Of a stretch of 64,000 bases of DNA, positions 10,301-19,611 are shown one piece after another. The DNA comes from a bacterium. GTDB taxonomy: Bacteria; SM23-31. The position numbers and the translations under genes are program-made. Below the pieces are notes generated by a model, which saw only the letters and a list, made by a program, of their open reading frames with translations, was not told the origin of the DNA and did not search any database. The stretch lies in assembly GCA_965249485.1 (NCBI GenBank), contig OZ252239.1, positions 1,280,001 to 1,344,000 on the forward strand, given 5' to 3'. Each line of letters begins with the position of its first letter. Within the stretch, counting starts at the first letter, position 1.

Positions 10301-13300
10301 CCGGTGTAATAAATGTAACCGGTGAAGGTGCTGAAATTGAAAATAATGCAACTGGTGCTACCATAAGCCAGAATATTACGTTTGGTAATGCAACGACTGC
10401 AGCTGTGATCGATGTCAATAGCTCGCTCAGTCTTTCAGGTGCTTTAACACTTGCCGGGAAAGGAACGATTGACATTGCAACAGGTCAAACACAAGTGTAT
10501 AACGGTACCGCGATAACAGTTGAGGCTGGCGAAATCCTGACATTTCAGGGCGGCGGAACATTTGACAACTTGAATCCAATAGTATTAGGTACTACAACGT
10601 CTTCGTTGTTCTTTGGTACAGATGGTATTACGCTCAATGCAGTTGCTTTAAATGATCATGATATTCCGCTGACATTGAATGGTGCAACAGCTGTTATTAC
10701 AACATTGACAACAAACTCTAAGAGATTGAATTTTGTTTTCTCGAACACTACTGATTCGCTGGGGATTCCGGGAAATATTGCAATGTCTGCAGAAGGCCGT
10801 GACACCCTTACAGTGTCCGGTAAGGGTGGACAACTCGGTACAGATATTACAACCCCCGGTGTAAATTCAAGAGTAGTATTTAATTCGGCAGGTTTTGTGC
10901 TTGATGGTAATTTAACCATTGGTAACGCAGGTGCAGGTGCTGAAGATTCACTTGTTGTCAGTGCCGATGCAACAATTAAGGGTAATCTGATAATTGAAGA
11001 TGATGCTTCAATTACAAATTCTGCTACACTTTCGTATACCGGTGGAGATGTTTCTCTTGGTGATTTTACACTTTTCTTGGATGGTGACGGAACGTTTGAC
11101 AATAATGCTCTTGGCGGAGGTGGTGCTGTTTTGATCAATAATACAGGAACGCTCCAGTTTAACGGTGGCGCTACGATTGATAGTGTCGTGCATTCTGCTG
11201 CTGGCTTTATTGCAGTTAACGGCGGAGACGCAACGTTCAACCATGTTGTTACGGCAGGCGCCAATCTTACCTTGCAATATGAAGAAGATAATGTGATTAC
11301 ATTAAACGACGCTACTGCTGCCGCAGGCTTCTCTCTGATTATTGCCAACAGCGCGATTGACGACACCGATGATGATAATGAAGGTACGCTTGCAGGATCG
11401 ATTGATCTTACAGGAGCCGGAGCGACGCTGGATAACCAGATGACTTCCAGTAGTGGCACGGAGACATTTACTATAAGCGCAGCAATCGATATCGGTAATG
11501 ATACGACCACTCCGGAATACAAGAGCGCGGGTGATGTCACACAATCGGGTGCTATCACGGTAAGCGGTAATGCTGATTTCAATGTTGCTACCGCCGGGAA
11601 AGTGGTTGATTACACAGGTGCCGAAATTTCAGTCGGTATTGATTCGGTCAATATCATAGGTGTTGGAAGGATTACGAATACCAACCCTGTCACGCTCGAT
11701 TCTGTCGGCTCAATACTTAATTATGCTGCTGCCGGATCCCTTGGCACGGCGAAAATAGGTGACTTGGACGGCACAAATATAGTCGCCGTAACCGGTGGTT
11801 ATCTCGGTTCTCTCCAGAATGCATCTGCAAACATCACGATAACGCCTGGCACGGGTACTCTTGTAATTGATGGTGAAACAACGATTGCTGATGTAGACAC
11901 GTTGTTTATATCAGGTGCAGGAACTGGTTCAGTAGCCGGTGCAGGTTCTGAGGCTCTGAAAGCCGTTACGGTGGTGTATGATAATACAGGTGGAGCGACA
12001 GTAGCAAAAACACTCGAAATCGGAAATGCAGTAACCGCTGGTGTTCTTGATGTTCAGCAAAACTTAACTGCAGATTCGATATTGTTCGGTGGCGATGCGA
12101 CAATTACCGGACCGAATGGTTCTAACAACCTGACGGTGAATGAGTTACTTGGTAATACAGCTGCTGCTACCGTTACTTCAGACACAAATGGTACTGTTAC
12201 TGTGGCAGGTGGTGCTATACGCGTTGGTGGCGATTTAACATTTGCGAATGCAACCGATAATGTTTACGCATTCGGTTCTGCCGATAGCGTTACCTCAACA
12301 TCAGCCACCTTAGTTACGGTAACATTCCCTGATTCAGTAATTTTCTCAAGTGCCGTTTTTAGTGCTGGTACGGCAGGTAATTGGGTTGCTTTATCACCTG
12401 CTCCCGCAGATACGTTTATTACGATTACAGGAGCCACTCCTAAAATATTGGGTGGAGTAAGCAACGCAGGAGACGACACGCTTCGTGTATCTAATTCCAT
12501 CGAAATTGGTAAAGACGGTATTCTGAAGTCTGCCAGTGATGATTCCTACATAGAATTAGGATTTACCGGTACCATGAATATTAACGGTACGATTAATGCT
12601 AATGCTGGTACTATAGAAATATTAGCGTCAGCGGGACTTGCCAGTGCAACAGAAATTGATCTTGATAAAACAGGTAAATATGTTGCCGACGGAACAGGAA
12701 CCCTAATTCTTCCTTCAGGTTTTACTTCTGACTTAGATAACTCTGATGATTCCGTTAACGGTGAAACAGCAGGTATTACGGTTGATGGTTCCGGGCTGCT
12801 TATTAGTACCGTAGTCGACTCTTTCCACGTTTTTGACAATCAAGATGATGATAGAGCAAATATCTCACTTGTTGGTGGTACGGTCAAGTGGATTGAATTT
12901 ACTATTTCGGTGACCGGTACATCCACAAATGTCAACAACACAAGATATGTAACAGCCGTATTTGTAAGTATTTGGGCTGAATCAGCAGGTGACGGTACTC
13001 CTGAAACTCCGTATCAGACTATTGCAGAAGGTATAGCCAATGCGTCCGGTGGTGAGGTGAGAATTGCAGCGGGTACGTATCAACTATCTGCGACAGTTGT
13101 ACTTGACAGTGTACAGTTGATCGGTACTGCAAATCAACTCGATTTTGGTGAAGGAGTTAATAACTCCTGGGCCGATGGAGCAGGAGTAGGTGATGTTGCT
13201 CCTGTTCTGGTATATTCAAACACAACTGGCGCTGCATTTGAGATTAAAGCCCATAATGCTGTTGTTCAGGGATTGAAAGTTGTTACGGCTGAGGGCAATA

Positions 13301-15651
13301 GTGATCCTGTTATCCTTGTTGATGATGGTAATGTTTTGACGAATTTGGAAATTGCAAATAACTCATTTGTTGTTCAATCTGGTCAGGTTGTTGTTATGTT
13401 TGGTGATAGCACTGCTGTAAGAGGTGCTGACATTAATTTCAATTCGACAACCAGTGAAGCAGGTGGTGGATATAATTTCCTTTTCGTTGATCAGCCTGAT
13501 TCTTCTATAGACGATATCGATGTTCAAAACAATGATATTACAAATGCGAGTCCTGCTATTCACCTCCATGTTGGTGGCGGTAATGTTGGGGATGTTGATG
13601 TTTCGAATAACAACTTCATAGCGAGTGATGGCGTTCATATCGGCCGTATAGGTGATGCTGTATCGACAGATGGTCTATTTGGAAGCATTTCGGTTACCGA
13701 CAATAACTTTACCAGTTCCGACTATGCTTTCCGGATTGCAAATGGAGTAGCAGCTGATTACGACGGCAACATTCATGATAATCTAACTGTCAATGACAAC
13801 CATTTCTTCTTCGCTGATGGTGCCACGGATAATAAAGCTGTTATTAATGGAATCACCGACGAGACAGTTACGGCTGATGATTTCATCGATGCTACAAGCA
13901 ACTGGTGGGGCAGCTTTAATGGTCCTGGACAAGCCGGAGGTGCTGATGCATCAGACCGTGTTGACACGTCTCCTTGGGATATGACCCCGAATGTTGGCCC
14001 AAATACAATTGTGGTAACTGGTGTAGCTGAAGCATTTACATTAGCACCAATAGAAGTTACCGTATTTGTTGGTACTGGAATAACAGAAGTTGAATTTGAG
14101 ACCAACTTTGCTGCCAATGTACCGAACAAACAATCTGTTACCGCGAATAGTCCGAATGCTGTTGATGAACAGACATATAAGATTATTCCGAAGGAAACAA
14201 AAGAAGGCGCGATTATTAGAGTCAAAAGTGGTGCTAATTCAGGCTCAACCAACATCTTTGATATTACCGAAATTGTCATAGCTGGTGTTGGTAACACGCT
14301 TGCAGCATCGGATTGGCCCGGTGATTCAGGTGAACTTATTAGACTTGAGTGGACAGCTTCAACTAATCATGCTGGTAATGGTAGTCCTGATGTGCAGATC
14401 AATTACTATCAGATCTATGCCGGTGCAACGGATGATATAGGCGCAGCAACATGGTGGGCAGTTCTTCCCGCATCAGGAATTCTTTCTGGTGCCGGAACTA
14501 CCATTAGGGCTAAAGTAGATGCATTCAGTACTTCCGCAAGTTCATTCTACTGGGTTGCAGCTGTTAGAAGCAGCGATGATGACAGTGCTGTTATAAGCGG
14601 ATATGGCTCCTCTGCAACTGCCACAAAAGCAAGTGTTGCCTCTGCTATGCTTGTGGATGCATCTGATGCGATATTCAGCGACAGAATCGTCTCCCTGGTC
14701 AGTAATGCCAACAGAGCATTTGCTCTTGATAATTCAAGAGATGTAGGCGACTTTGTTGGAAACCGGGCAATTGAACTCGATGATTTCCAGATATTTGCTG
14801 CCTTCTTCGGTAATGATGAAGAAGTTGAACCGGCATTCGACTTGAATAATGACGGTAAAGTTGGAATTCTTGATCTGAGTAGATTTGCTAAACTGTTTGC
14901 TCAGGATAATCCTGGTGGTGGAGCAGTAGCTGCTAAGGGTATTCTTGGTAATCAGATATCCGATCTAATCAATTTCGACTCAGTTTACGATTCCAAGACT
15001 GAACAAATGGAATTTACTATCTCAATGAGTGATGTTGAAGCTCTTGGTGGATATGGTTTTGATGTCGTATATGATTCAAAAACGTTTGAATTGGTAGAAA
15101 TTGTAAACGGCAAATTCCTTGAAGAAAACGGCGGATCTCAGTTTAGTTTCGATTACAAGGCTGATGGCGTAGTAACAATCGCTAACGTCTTGAAAGAACT
15201 TAACGAAAACACTGCCGTATCCGGTGATGGAATTGCAGCTACATTGAAATTCAAGTGGCTTGGTGTTGGCGAGAACAATAGTATTCAGATTACTGGTATC
15301 CAAATACTTGATGCTTTCGGTGCGATGTCATATCTTGAAAATCTTGACATAGTTAATCTTATTCCAGTACCGTTGGTGTTTGAATTGAAAAATAACTATC
15401 CGAATCCGTTTAACCCGACAACGACGATTGAATATGCACTGCCGAGTACTGAATTGGTTAAGATCGATATTGTGAATGTTCTCGGTCAGGTTGTTACGAC
15501 ACTCGTGAATGAAGAAGTTGATGCAGGTTTCCATCAAGTTATATGGAACGGTAGAAACACGCTTGGTGCTCCGGTGGCTTCGGGTATTTATATTTACAGA
15601 ATTAAAGCTGGAACCTTTACGTCTGTCAAGAGATTGACATTGCTTAAGTAA
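7339..15651 (+). CDS. Giant secreted surface protein (S-layer/adhesin-like): G/T/A/N-rich beta-solenoid repeats, DUF1565-like beta-helix, Ig-like region, dockerin-like and cohesin-like modules, T9SS type-A-like/FlgD-Ig C-terminal domain
   Basis: GGAGG at 7326-7330 favours ATG 7339 over 7324. Signal peptide ending ANA-Q; GDGTPETPYQTIAEGIANA..GEV.IAAGTY (about 12985-13080); paired Ca-loop motifs GDFVGNRAIELDDFQIFAAFFG and FDLNNDGKVGILDLSRFAKLF (about 14746-14900); cohesin-like GYGFDVVYD...SGDG.AATLKF; CTD NNYPNPFNPTTTIEY...WNGRN..G..VASGIYIYRI...KRLTLLK. Confidence 0.88.
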   Translation: MYSTGKVFQIFAIVLLVATMGLFGFTTDANAQTTLTAGDDVSLASSLNWTPVQIPVAGDSLVLGANTLTYDAGTTVGAISMAGGTINIANGNATITRGITAISGVNTINNGTAGGNTTTSDINVLAGTLALTPSVASSWTGNLTLAGGTALTNNSFATTITGNVTVGGDVTITDGGTSTISWTGTFSNSAASTVTFAAGIANGVRFGSTISLGADLTFVQTVAPNFAFVITINTTVGASGDVTLVNGADIGGSHTKLDTLGGGGGTLVLDGDGVTGTLYTLQNHTSIAGNVTLADNDYLVSGVYEITINAGATFDHNTTGATSITDKVNIAGTLKVTQNIQALNGVVTTTGDGAVIDIDVNQTFNSAGNGLVTNSNTTINIAPGITLTVSNGENVVATEKTLIMSGGGTIAGGGAAQTLNAGSVLRVGGSLGVQGIGAVILGGGEVDIDTTTSFSASMDATAGGIIDIASGFTLDPGGNLVVNDDNTLEFQGAGGFLAARNVTVGSGGAATLTLTGAMTTATFDSVISNTVTTINVNARNTFQTLTVSAGATIDFTGASLTLNIVDPVTANRPVAITGISTGVISGGDWTLTNSITNTNIASPNISSNLIGINGGSIVATKALNITGNMVMGAGDLAITATENVTYSGDAIDMGDQNLTIDGTRTFDNSNDLQLNGSGDLIFTGAATVSKVAVTGTAEIIANIAGGGTATVTTLTQTGAIVTLKYSVASNQIALAGGLTVPAGQSLVIANGAATETLVLSGGTLDFSAAGARFVNFELGGMRIENNFMVGNGENTINSLTFAALDTLDGNITTSITGIKGGSVLKFPGTSHIRGSTITLRGGAALEIYGPVTADTSSAIVINSDSTVILRGRDTFTYNGAPITVAADSFRVQETVNFSNNASNPISVSTTILQFEGAATVSDLALTDAAAKIVVNGGNPTIDTLTTTSAGLNLEFGAVNAITVGSDITLGDGAILNILTGSGGTLTGAGVINVTGEGAEIENNATGATISQNITFGNATTAAVIDVNSSLSLSGALTLAGKGTIDIATGQTQVYNGTAITVEAGEILTFQGGGTFDNLNPIVLGTTTSSLFFGTDGITLNAVALNDHDIPLTLNGATAVITTLTTNSKRLNFVFSNTTDSLGIPGNIAMSAEGRDTLTVSGKGGQLGTDITTPGVNSRVVFNSAGFVLDGNLTIGNAGAGAEDSLVVSADATIKGNLIIEDDASITNSATLSYTGGDVSLGDFTLFLDGDGTFDNNALGGGGAVLINNTGTLQFNGGATIDSVVHSAAGFIAVNGGDATFNHVVTAGANLTLQYEEDNVITLNDATAAAGFSLIIANSAIDDTDDDNEGTLAGSIDLTGAGATLDNQMTSSSGTETFTISAAIDIGNDTTTPEYKSAGDVTQSGAITVSGNADFNVATAGKVVDYTGAEISVGIDSVNIIGVGRITNTNPVTLDSVGSILNYAAAGSLGTAKIGDLDGTNIVAVTGGYLGSLQNASANITITPGTGTLVIDGETTIADVDTLFISGAGTGSVAGAGSEALKAVTVVYDNTGGATVAKTLEIGNAVTAGVLDVQQNLTADSILFGGDATITGPNGSNNLTVNELLGNTAAATVTSDTNGTVTVAGGAIRVGGDLTFANATDNVYAFGSADSVTSTSATLVTVTFPDSVIFSSAVFSAGTAGNWVALSPAPADTFITITGATPKILGGVSNAGDDTLRVSNSIEIGKDGILKSASDDSYIELGFTGTMNINGTINANAGTIEILASAGLASATEIDLDKTGKYVADGTGTLILPSGFTSDLDNSDDSVNGETAGITVDGSGLLISTVVDSFHVFDNQDDDRANISLVGGTVKWIEFTISVTGTSTNVNNTRYVTAVFVSIWAESAGDGTPETPYQTIAEGIANASGGEVRIAAGTYQLSATVVLDSVQLIGTANQLDFGEGVNNSWADGAGVGDVAPVLVYSNTTGAAFEIKAHNAVVQGLKVVTAEGNSDPVILVDDGNVLTNLEIANNSFVVQSGQVVVMFGDSTAVRGADINFNSTTSEAGGGYNFLFVDQPDSSIDDIDVQNNDITNASPAIHLHVGGGNVGDVDVSNNNFIASDGVHIGRIGDAVSTDGLFGSISVTDNNFTSSDYAFRIANGVAADYDGNIHDNLTVNDNHFFFADGATDNKAVINGITDETVTADDFIDATSNWWGSFNGPGQAGGADASDRVDTSPWDMTPNVGPNTIVVTGVAEAFTLAPIEVTVFVGTGITEVEFETNFAANVPNKQSVTANSPNAVDEQTYKIIPKETKEGAIIRVKSGANSGSTNIFDITEIVIAGVGNTLAASDWPGDSGELIRLEWTASTNHAGNGSPDVQINYYQIYAGATDDIGAATWWAVLPASGILSGAGTTIRAKVDAFSTSASSFYWVAAVRSSDDDSAVISGYGSSATATKASVASAMLVDASDAIFSDRIVSLVSNANRAFALDNSRDVGDFVGNRAIELDDFQIFAAFFGNDEEVEPAFDLNNDGKVGILDLSRFAKLFAQDNPGGGAVAAKGILGNQISDLINFDSVYDSKTEQMEFTISMSDVEALGGYGFDVVYDSKTFELVEIVNGKFLEENGGSQFSFDYKADGVVTIANVLKELNENTAVSGDGIAATLKFKWLGVGENNSIQITGIQILDAFGAMSYLENLDIVNLIPVPLVFELKNNYPNPFNPTTTIEYALPSTELVKIDIVNVLGQVVTTLVNEEVDAGFHQVIWNGRNTLGAPVASGIYIYRIKAGTFTSVKRLTLLK

Positions 15652-15685
15652 AGTAATATCCAGATAATAAAGAAGTGCACAAGCA

Positions 15686-15725
15686 GAGTTTTGCAGGATG
15701 TCTACTTATGACATCCTGCAGACTC
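15686..15725 (+). promoter_or_regulatory. Strong intergenic stem-loop without a U-tract (putative mRNA stabiliser or processing element)
   Basis: Perfect 11-bp stem TGCAGGATGTC (15692-15702)/GACATCCTGCA (15710-15720), extendable by GAGT/ACTC. Confidence 0.6.
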
Positions 15726-15757
15726 ACGCCTGTTTAGGCAACGCAAGGAGAATATTA

Positions 15758-16621
15758 ATGAAAAAATGTTTTATACTTTTGGTCGTTTTCAGTGTAGTAC
15801 TGTGCTTGTCTGCAGGTGTTTTTGCACAAACTCCCAGATACTTGTTAACAATCGAAAATAGTGACGTTGCGGGTATTGGTGTTTTAAATGATTCTTTAGA
15901 AAATATTGGTCCTGATACGCCTATCTATATTAGTTTATATGCAGATGGGATGACTGATTTTATCGGTTATGATGTACGGATTTCCCTTAACGATGCATTA
16001 TATACACCTAATATTGAATTTGTACAAACAAGAACAGGTGATGACCATCCTTTAGTAACACCAAATGTATTCTTTGCTCCTGTTAATCGCATAGAAAGAA
16101 CCGCAACTGGCTCGTATTATATTATGTCCGGAGCACTTCCGGACAATGCAACGGGTGTTTCAATTAGCAATGCTTTTTTAGGACGTATTAAATTAGAAAC
16201 AAGTTCAAGTTTTAGTGGATTTGATACATTTACATTATTACAGGCATCATATGTTTCTGGTGATGGTGTTAGTGCCACTGAAAATGTTGTTTCTGATTTT
16301 AATGTTGTATATCTCAATATTGTAACTGATGTAGAAGGTGAAATTCCTGGCATTCCAAATTCATATACATTAGGGCAAAATTATCCGAATCCGTTCAATC
16401 CGACAACAACGATTCCTTTTGAAGCAATATCGAGTGGAAATGCAAAAATTAGTGTGTATAACGTATTAGGGCAGCAGGTTGCTGTTGTTGCAGATACGTT
16501 TTTTCCTGTAGGTCAGCATACAGTAAAGTTTGATGCTTCAAATCTAAGTTCCGGAATTTATTTCTATAAACTTGAAATGAATGGATTTATCGATATGAAG
16601 AGATTGGTACTTCTACGGTAA
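15758..16621 (+). CDS. Secreted cohesin-like domain protein with a T9SS type-A-like C-terminal domain
   Basis: AAGGAG SD before ATG 15758; signal peptide MKK...VFA-Q; cohesin-like pattern ISLYADGMTDFIGYDVRISLN...FLGRIKL; CTD QNYPNPFNPTTTI...FDASNLSSGIYFYKL...KRLVLLR. Confidence 0.82.
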   Translation: MKKCFILLVVFSVVLCLSAGVFAQTPRYLLTIENSDVAGIGVLNDSLENIGPDTPIYISLYADGMTDFIGYDVRISLNDALYTPNIEFVQTRTGDDHPLVTPNVFFAPVNRIERTATGSYYIMSGALPDNATGVSISNAFLGRIKLETSSSFSGFDTFTLLQASYVSGDGVSATENVVSDFNVVYLNIVTDVEGEIPGIPNSYTLGQNYPNPFNPTTTIPFEAISSGNAKISVYNVLGQQVAVVADTFFPVGQHTVKFDASNLSSGIYFYKLEMNGFIDMKRLVLLR

Positions 16622-16645
16622 TATTCATATTATAATGATTATTGG

Positions 16646-16677
16646 AAGCCCTAATTGTTACTAATTAGGGCTTTTTT
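16646..16677 (+). terminator. Rho-independent terminator closing the surface-protein operon
   Basis: Stem AAGCCCTAATT/AATTAGGGCTT followed by a T-run. Confidence 0.85.
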
Positions 16678-16823
16678 AATTTACAGTATGGTATATACAC
16701 TAAAATTATACTTTTAATTAATGTAAATATACGTGTAAAACAGTTGATAAATTTTGTTATATAAAGTACTTTTATTTTAGCACCAAATATTACTATTATC
16801 GTTATTCTAACAGTAACTATACA

Positions 16824-17612
16824 ATGAAATGGATTCTCATAAAAGACGGAAAAAGAAGTGGGGCATATAACATGGCTCAGGACGTTTATTTCATTGAGAA
16901 TCCCCCTCTCTTTCCTGTTCTTAAACTTTATTCATGGTTGCCTCCTGCAATTTCAATTGGATATAATCAAAATATTCAAAATATTAATAAGGATTTATTA
17001 GAGACGTATGGCATTGATATAGTGCGCAGACCCACAGGGGGAAGAGCAGTATTTCACTGTTGTGAACTAACATATTCTGTAATTATACCTAGAAATATAC
17101 CATTATTCAATTCTGGTATCCATAAATTATATTATATTATAAGTAAAGCTCTTGTCAATGGCTTACAAAGATATGGTATCTCCGCAGAAATAGAGAGAAA
17201 TAAGCCCGGTAATAATTCAAGAGAAGATAATGTATTAAAGTGTTTTGAAAGTACTGCACGTTTTGAAATCAAAAATAATGGAAAAAAGATTGTCGGAAGC
17301 GCACAACGCCGCACCTCGAATGCGATACTTCAACACGGGTCGATAGCTTTACAGAATGAGCAAGATATCATACCCTATGTATTTGAAGACAATTCAGAAA
17401 TACCATCTACAATTATTCCTGAATGTTTTGTGAATGAAGAGACGAAAACTAATAATGCAAATAATATAAATAGTCTTGAAAATAATATTATTCTTGGGTT
17501 TGAAGAAGAATTGCACTGTGAGTGGGAAAAAGAATTTGATACTAATAACTTTAAAAAAAGACAGACGGACTTTGAAAGGAATCAAATTATATATAGTACT
17601 CAAAGAAAGTAA
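16824..17612 (+). CDS. Lipoate-protein ligase A / octanoyltransferase (LipM-like) family protein
   Basis: NMAQD, YSW.PPAISIGYNQ, VRRPTGGRAVFH..ELTYS, CF......EI...GKKIVGSAQRR and LQHGSI motifs. Confidence 0.9.
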   Translation: MKWILIKDGKRSGAYNMAQDVYFIENPPLFPVLKLYSWLPPAISIGYNQNIQNINKDLLETYGIDIVRRPTGGRAVFHCCELTYSVIIPRNIPLFNSGIHKLYYIISKALVNGLQRYGISAEIERNKPGNNSREDNVLKCFESTARFEIKNNGKKIVGSAQRRTSNAILQHGSIALQNEQDIIPYVFEDNSEIPSTIIPECFVNEETKTNNANNINSLENNIILGFEEELHCEWEKEFDTNNFKKRQTDFERNQIIYSTQRK

Positions 17613-18388
17613 TGAAATATATTGAGATCATATATGTCCGATTAGTAATATGTTCAGTATTAGTTTTTTATATCTTTATTTTATTTCCTTCGTATAGTAG
17701 AAGTCAAGATCTTGATCTCAATAATTACGATGCGGATACCTTTTCTAATTTAGCGCTTGTAACCGGGCAAGTGTTTGGGAGCGGTTTATACAGTACGGCG
17801 AATTCTCATTCTATTGGCGGATTTGATGCGGGTGTTAAGACACTGATTGGGTTTGTTCCTGATTCGAGACAAATTGGTCCGCTTAATAATACGAATACAT
17901 TTAATATTCCAGTATTTCATGCAAACACCGGGGTATTGGGTCCTTTTGAGGTTGGAATTCGATTATTTTCTTTCCGGTTTGGCGAAAAAAACAGAGAAGA
18001 CGTTTCACATTTTACAGGAATTTTAAAATATAACGTTTTTGAAGATGGTTTAACACCGGCAATATCACTCTATTCAGCTTATGGTAGAATGAGTGAGATA
18101 TCTGACTTTTCACTACAGACAATTTCAATAGGAGCAATCACCGGTAAATCATTTTTATTTATTGAATTATATGCAGGCATAAATGTGAACAATATTTCTA
18201 TGGATGTTGATCTGGAGCCTGACGGAATAAGGTACATCTCTCAGTTTTCACGTACCTATAGAAAAACAGTGACACATGGAACATTCGGTTTATCGGTTAC
18301 ACTAGCTCCATTTACCAATATGGTGATAGATTATAATGTAGGTGAAATTCAAACAGTTACACTTGGTATTTTTTTATCACTATTTTAA
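17612..18388 (+). CDS. Putative outer-membrane beta-barrel protein
   Basis: N-terminal signal; GSGLYSTANSHSIGGFDAG segment; alternating strands; C-terminal Phe. Confidence 0.6.
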   Translation: MKYIEIIYVRLVICSVLVFYIFILFPSYSRSQDLDLNNYDADTFSNLALVTGQVFGSGLYSTANSHSIGGFDAGVKTLIGFVPDSRQIGPLNNTNTFNIPVFHANTGVLGPFEVGIRLFSFRFGEKNREDVSHFTGILKYNVFEDGLTPAISLYSAYGRMSEISDFSLQTISIGAITGKSFLFIELYAGINVNNISMDVDLEPDGIRYISQFSRTYRKTVTHGTFGLSVTLAPFTNMVIDYNVGEIQTVTLGIFLSLF

Positions 18389-18461
18389 AAATAATCGCAG
18401 ATAAAGTGAACAGAAAGGTAGTAACAATTGTTTAATAGATACTGTTTGTTGTTAAGGTGAT

Positions 18462-19610
18462 ATGAAAAGGAAAATAATACTCCTCGGATCGACTGGTTCG
18501 ATCGGAAAAAGCACACTTGAAATACTTGATTATTACCGTGATGAAATTGAATTAGTTGGTATATCGGGGCATTCAAATAGTGATTTATTACTGGAGCAGT
18601 GTAAGAAATTTCATCCGGGATTCATTTGTATCAGCGATAAAAATTATCATTCTATTGAATTAGATGAATGCACAAAAAATGCGCGGGTATTGTCGGGCAG
18701 CGAAGGATTGAAAACATTGGTGCGTGAGGCAGAAGCTGACCTCGTTGTAAACAGCATTGTTGGTGCTGCCGGACTTATACCGACACTCGATGCTATTGCT
18801 ACGGGAAAACACGTTGCGCTTGCGAATAAGGAATCACTTGTTGTTGCCGGAAAACTTGTTATGTCTGAAGCCGCAAATCATGATGTCAATATCTATCCAA
18901 TAGACAGCGAACACAGTGCAATTTGGCAATGTTTGTTGGGAGAAAAACCGGAATCTGTTGCAAAGATTACACTGACTGCTTCAGGGGGGCCGTTTCTGAA
19001 CAGGGATCCCGGTACCTTTGATGCAATTTCAGTTGAAGAAGCACTGAACCATCCTAATTGGGTAATGGGGAATAAAATTACAATAGACTCTGCGACACTT
19101 GCCAATAAAGGATTTGAAGTAATTGAAACGCACTGGCTCTACGGCATTGAGAGTGACCGGATTGATGTCGTCATACATCCTCAGTCAATTGTCCATTCGT
19201 TTGTAGAGTTTATTGATGGATCGGTTAAAGCTCAATTAGGGGAACCGGATATGAAACTACCGATTCAATTTGCTCTTTTTTATCCTGACAGGCGTGCGCA
19301 TATCAATGGTGAACGGATCGATCTTTCACGCATGAATCTGACATTTGATCTTCCTGACCACACCAGATTTCCTTGCCTTTCATTAGCATATCATGCAATG
19401 GAAACCGGGGGAACCGCTCCGGCGGTTTTGAATGCAGCGAATGAAGTAGCTGTTCATTTATTTTTAGAGAGAAAAATAAAGTTTTCTTCAATATCTCACC
19501 TGATAGAAGATGCACTGCAACATCATACAGTAAACGACAACCCGGAGCTTGAAGATTATTTAGAAGCAGACAATTGGGCGCGTACAATAACGAAAGAGAA
19601 GGTCTCATAA
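18462..19610 (+). CDS. dxr: 1-deoxy-D-xylulose 5-phosphate reductoisomerase
   Basis: ILLGSTGSIG, ALANKESLV.AG, PIDSEHSAI.Q, LTASGGPF, HPNW.MG.KITIDSAT and NAANE motifs. Confidence 0.98.
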   Translation: MKRKIILLGSTGSIGKSTLEILDYYRDEIELVGISGHSNSDLLLEQCKKFHPGFICISDKNYHSIELDECTKNARVLSGSEGLKTLVREAEADLVVNSIVGAAGLIPTLDAIATGKHVALANKESLVVAGKLVMSEAANHDVNIYPIDSEHSAIWQCLLGEKPESVAKITLTASGGPFLNRDPGTFDAISVEEALNHPNWVMGNKITIDSATLANKGFEVIETHWLYGIESDRIDVVIHPQSIVHSFVEFIDGSVKAQLGEPDMKLPIQFALFYPDRRAHINGERIDLSRMNLTFDLPDHTRFPCLSLAYHAMETGGTAPAVLNAANEVAVHLFLERKIKFSSISHLIEDALQHHTVNDNPELEDYLEADNWARTITKEKVS

Positions 19611-19611
19611 T

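Noticed and set aside
7545..15537. Many minus-strand ORFs (up to 308 aa) inside the giant gene
   Set aside because: Antisense shadows of a long gene with biased codons; no motifs or ribosome-binding sites.
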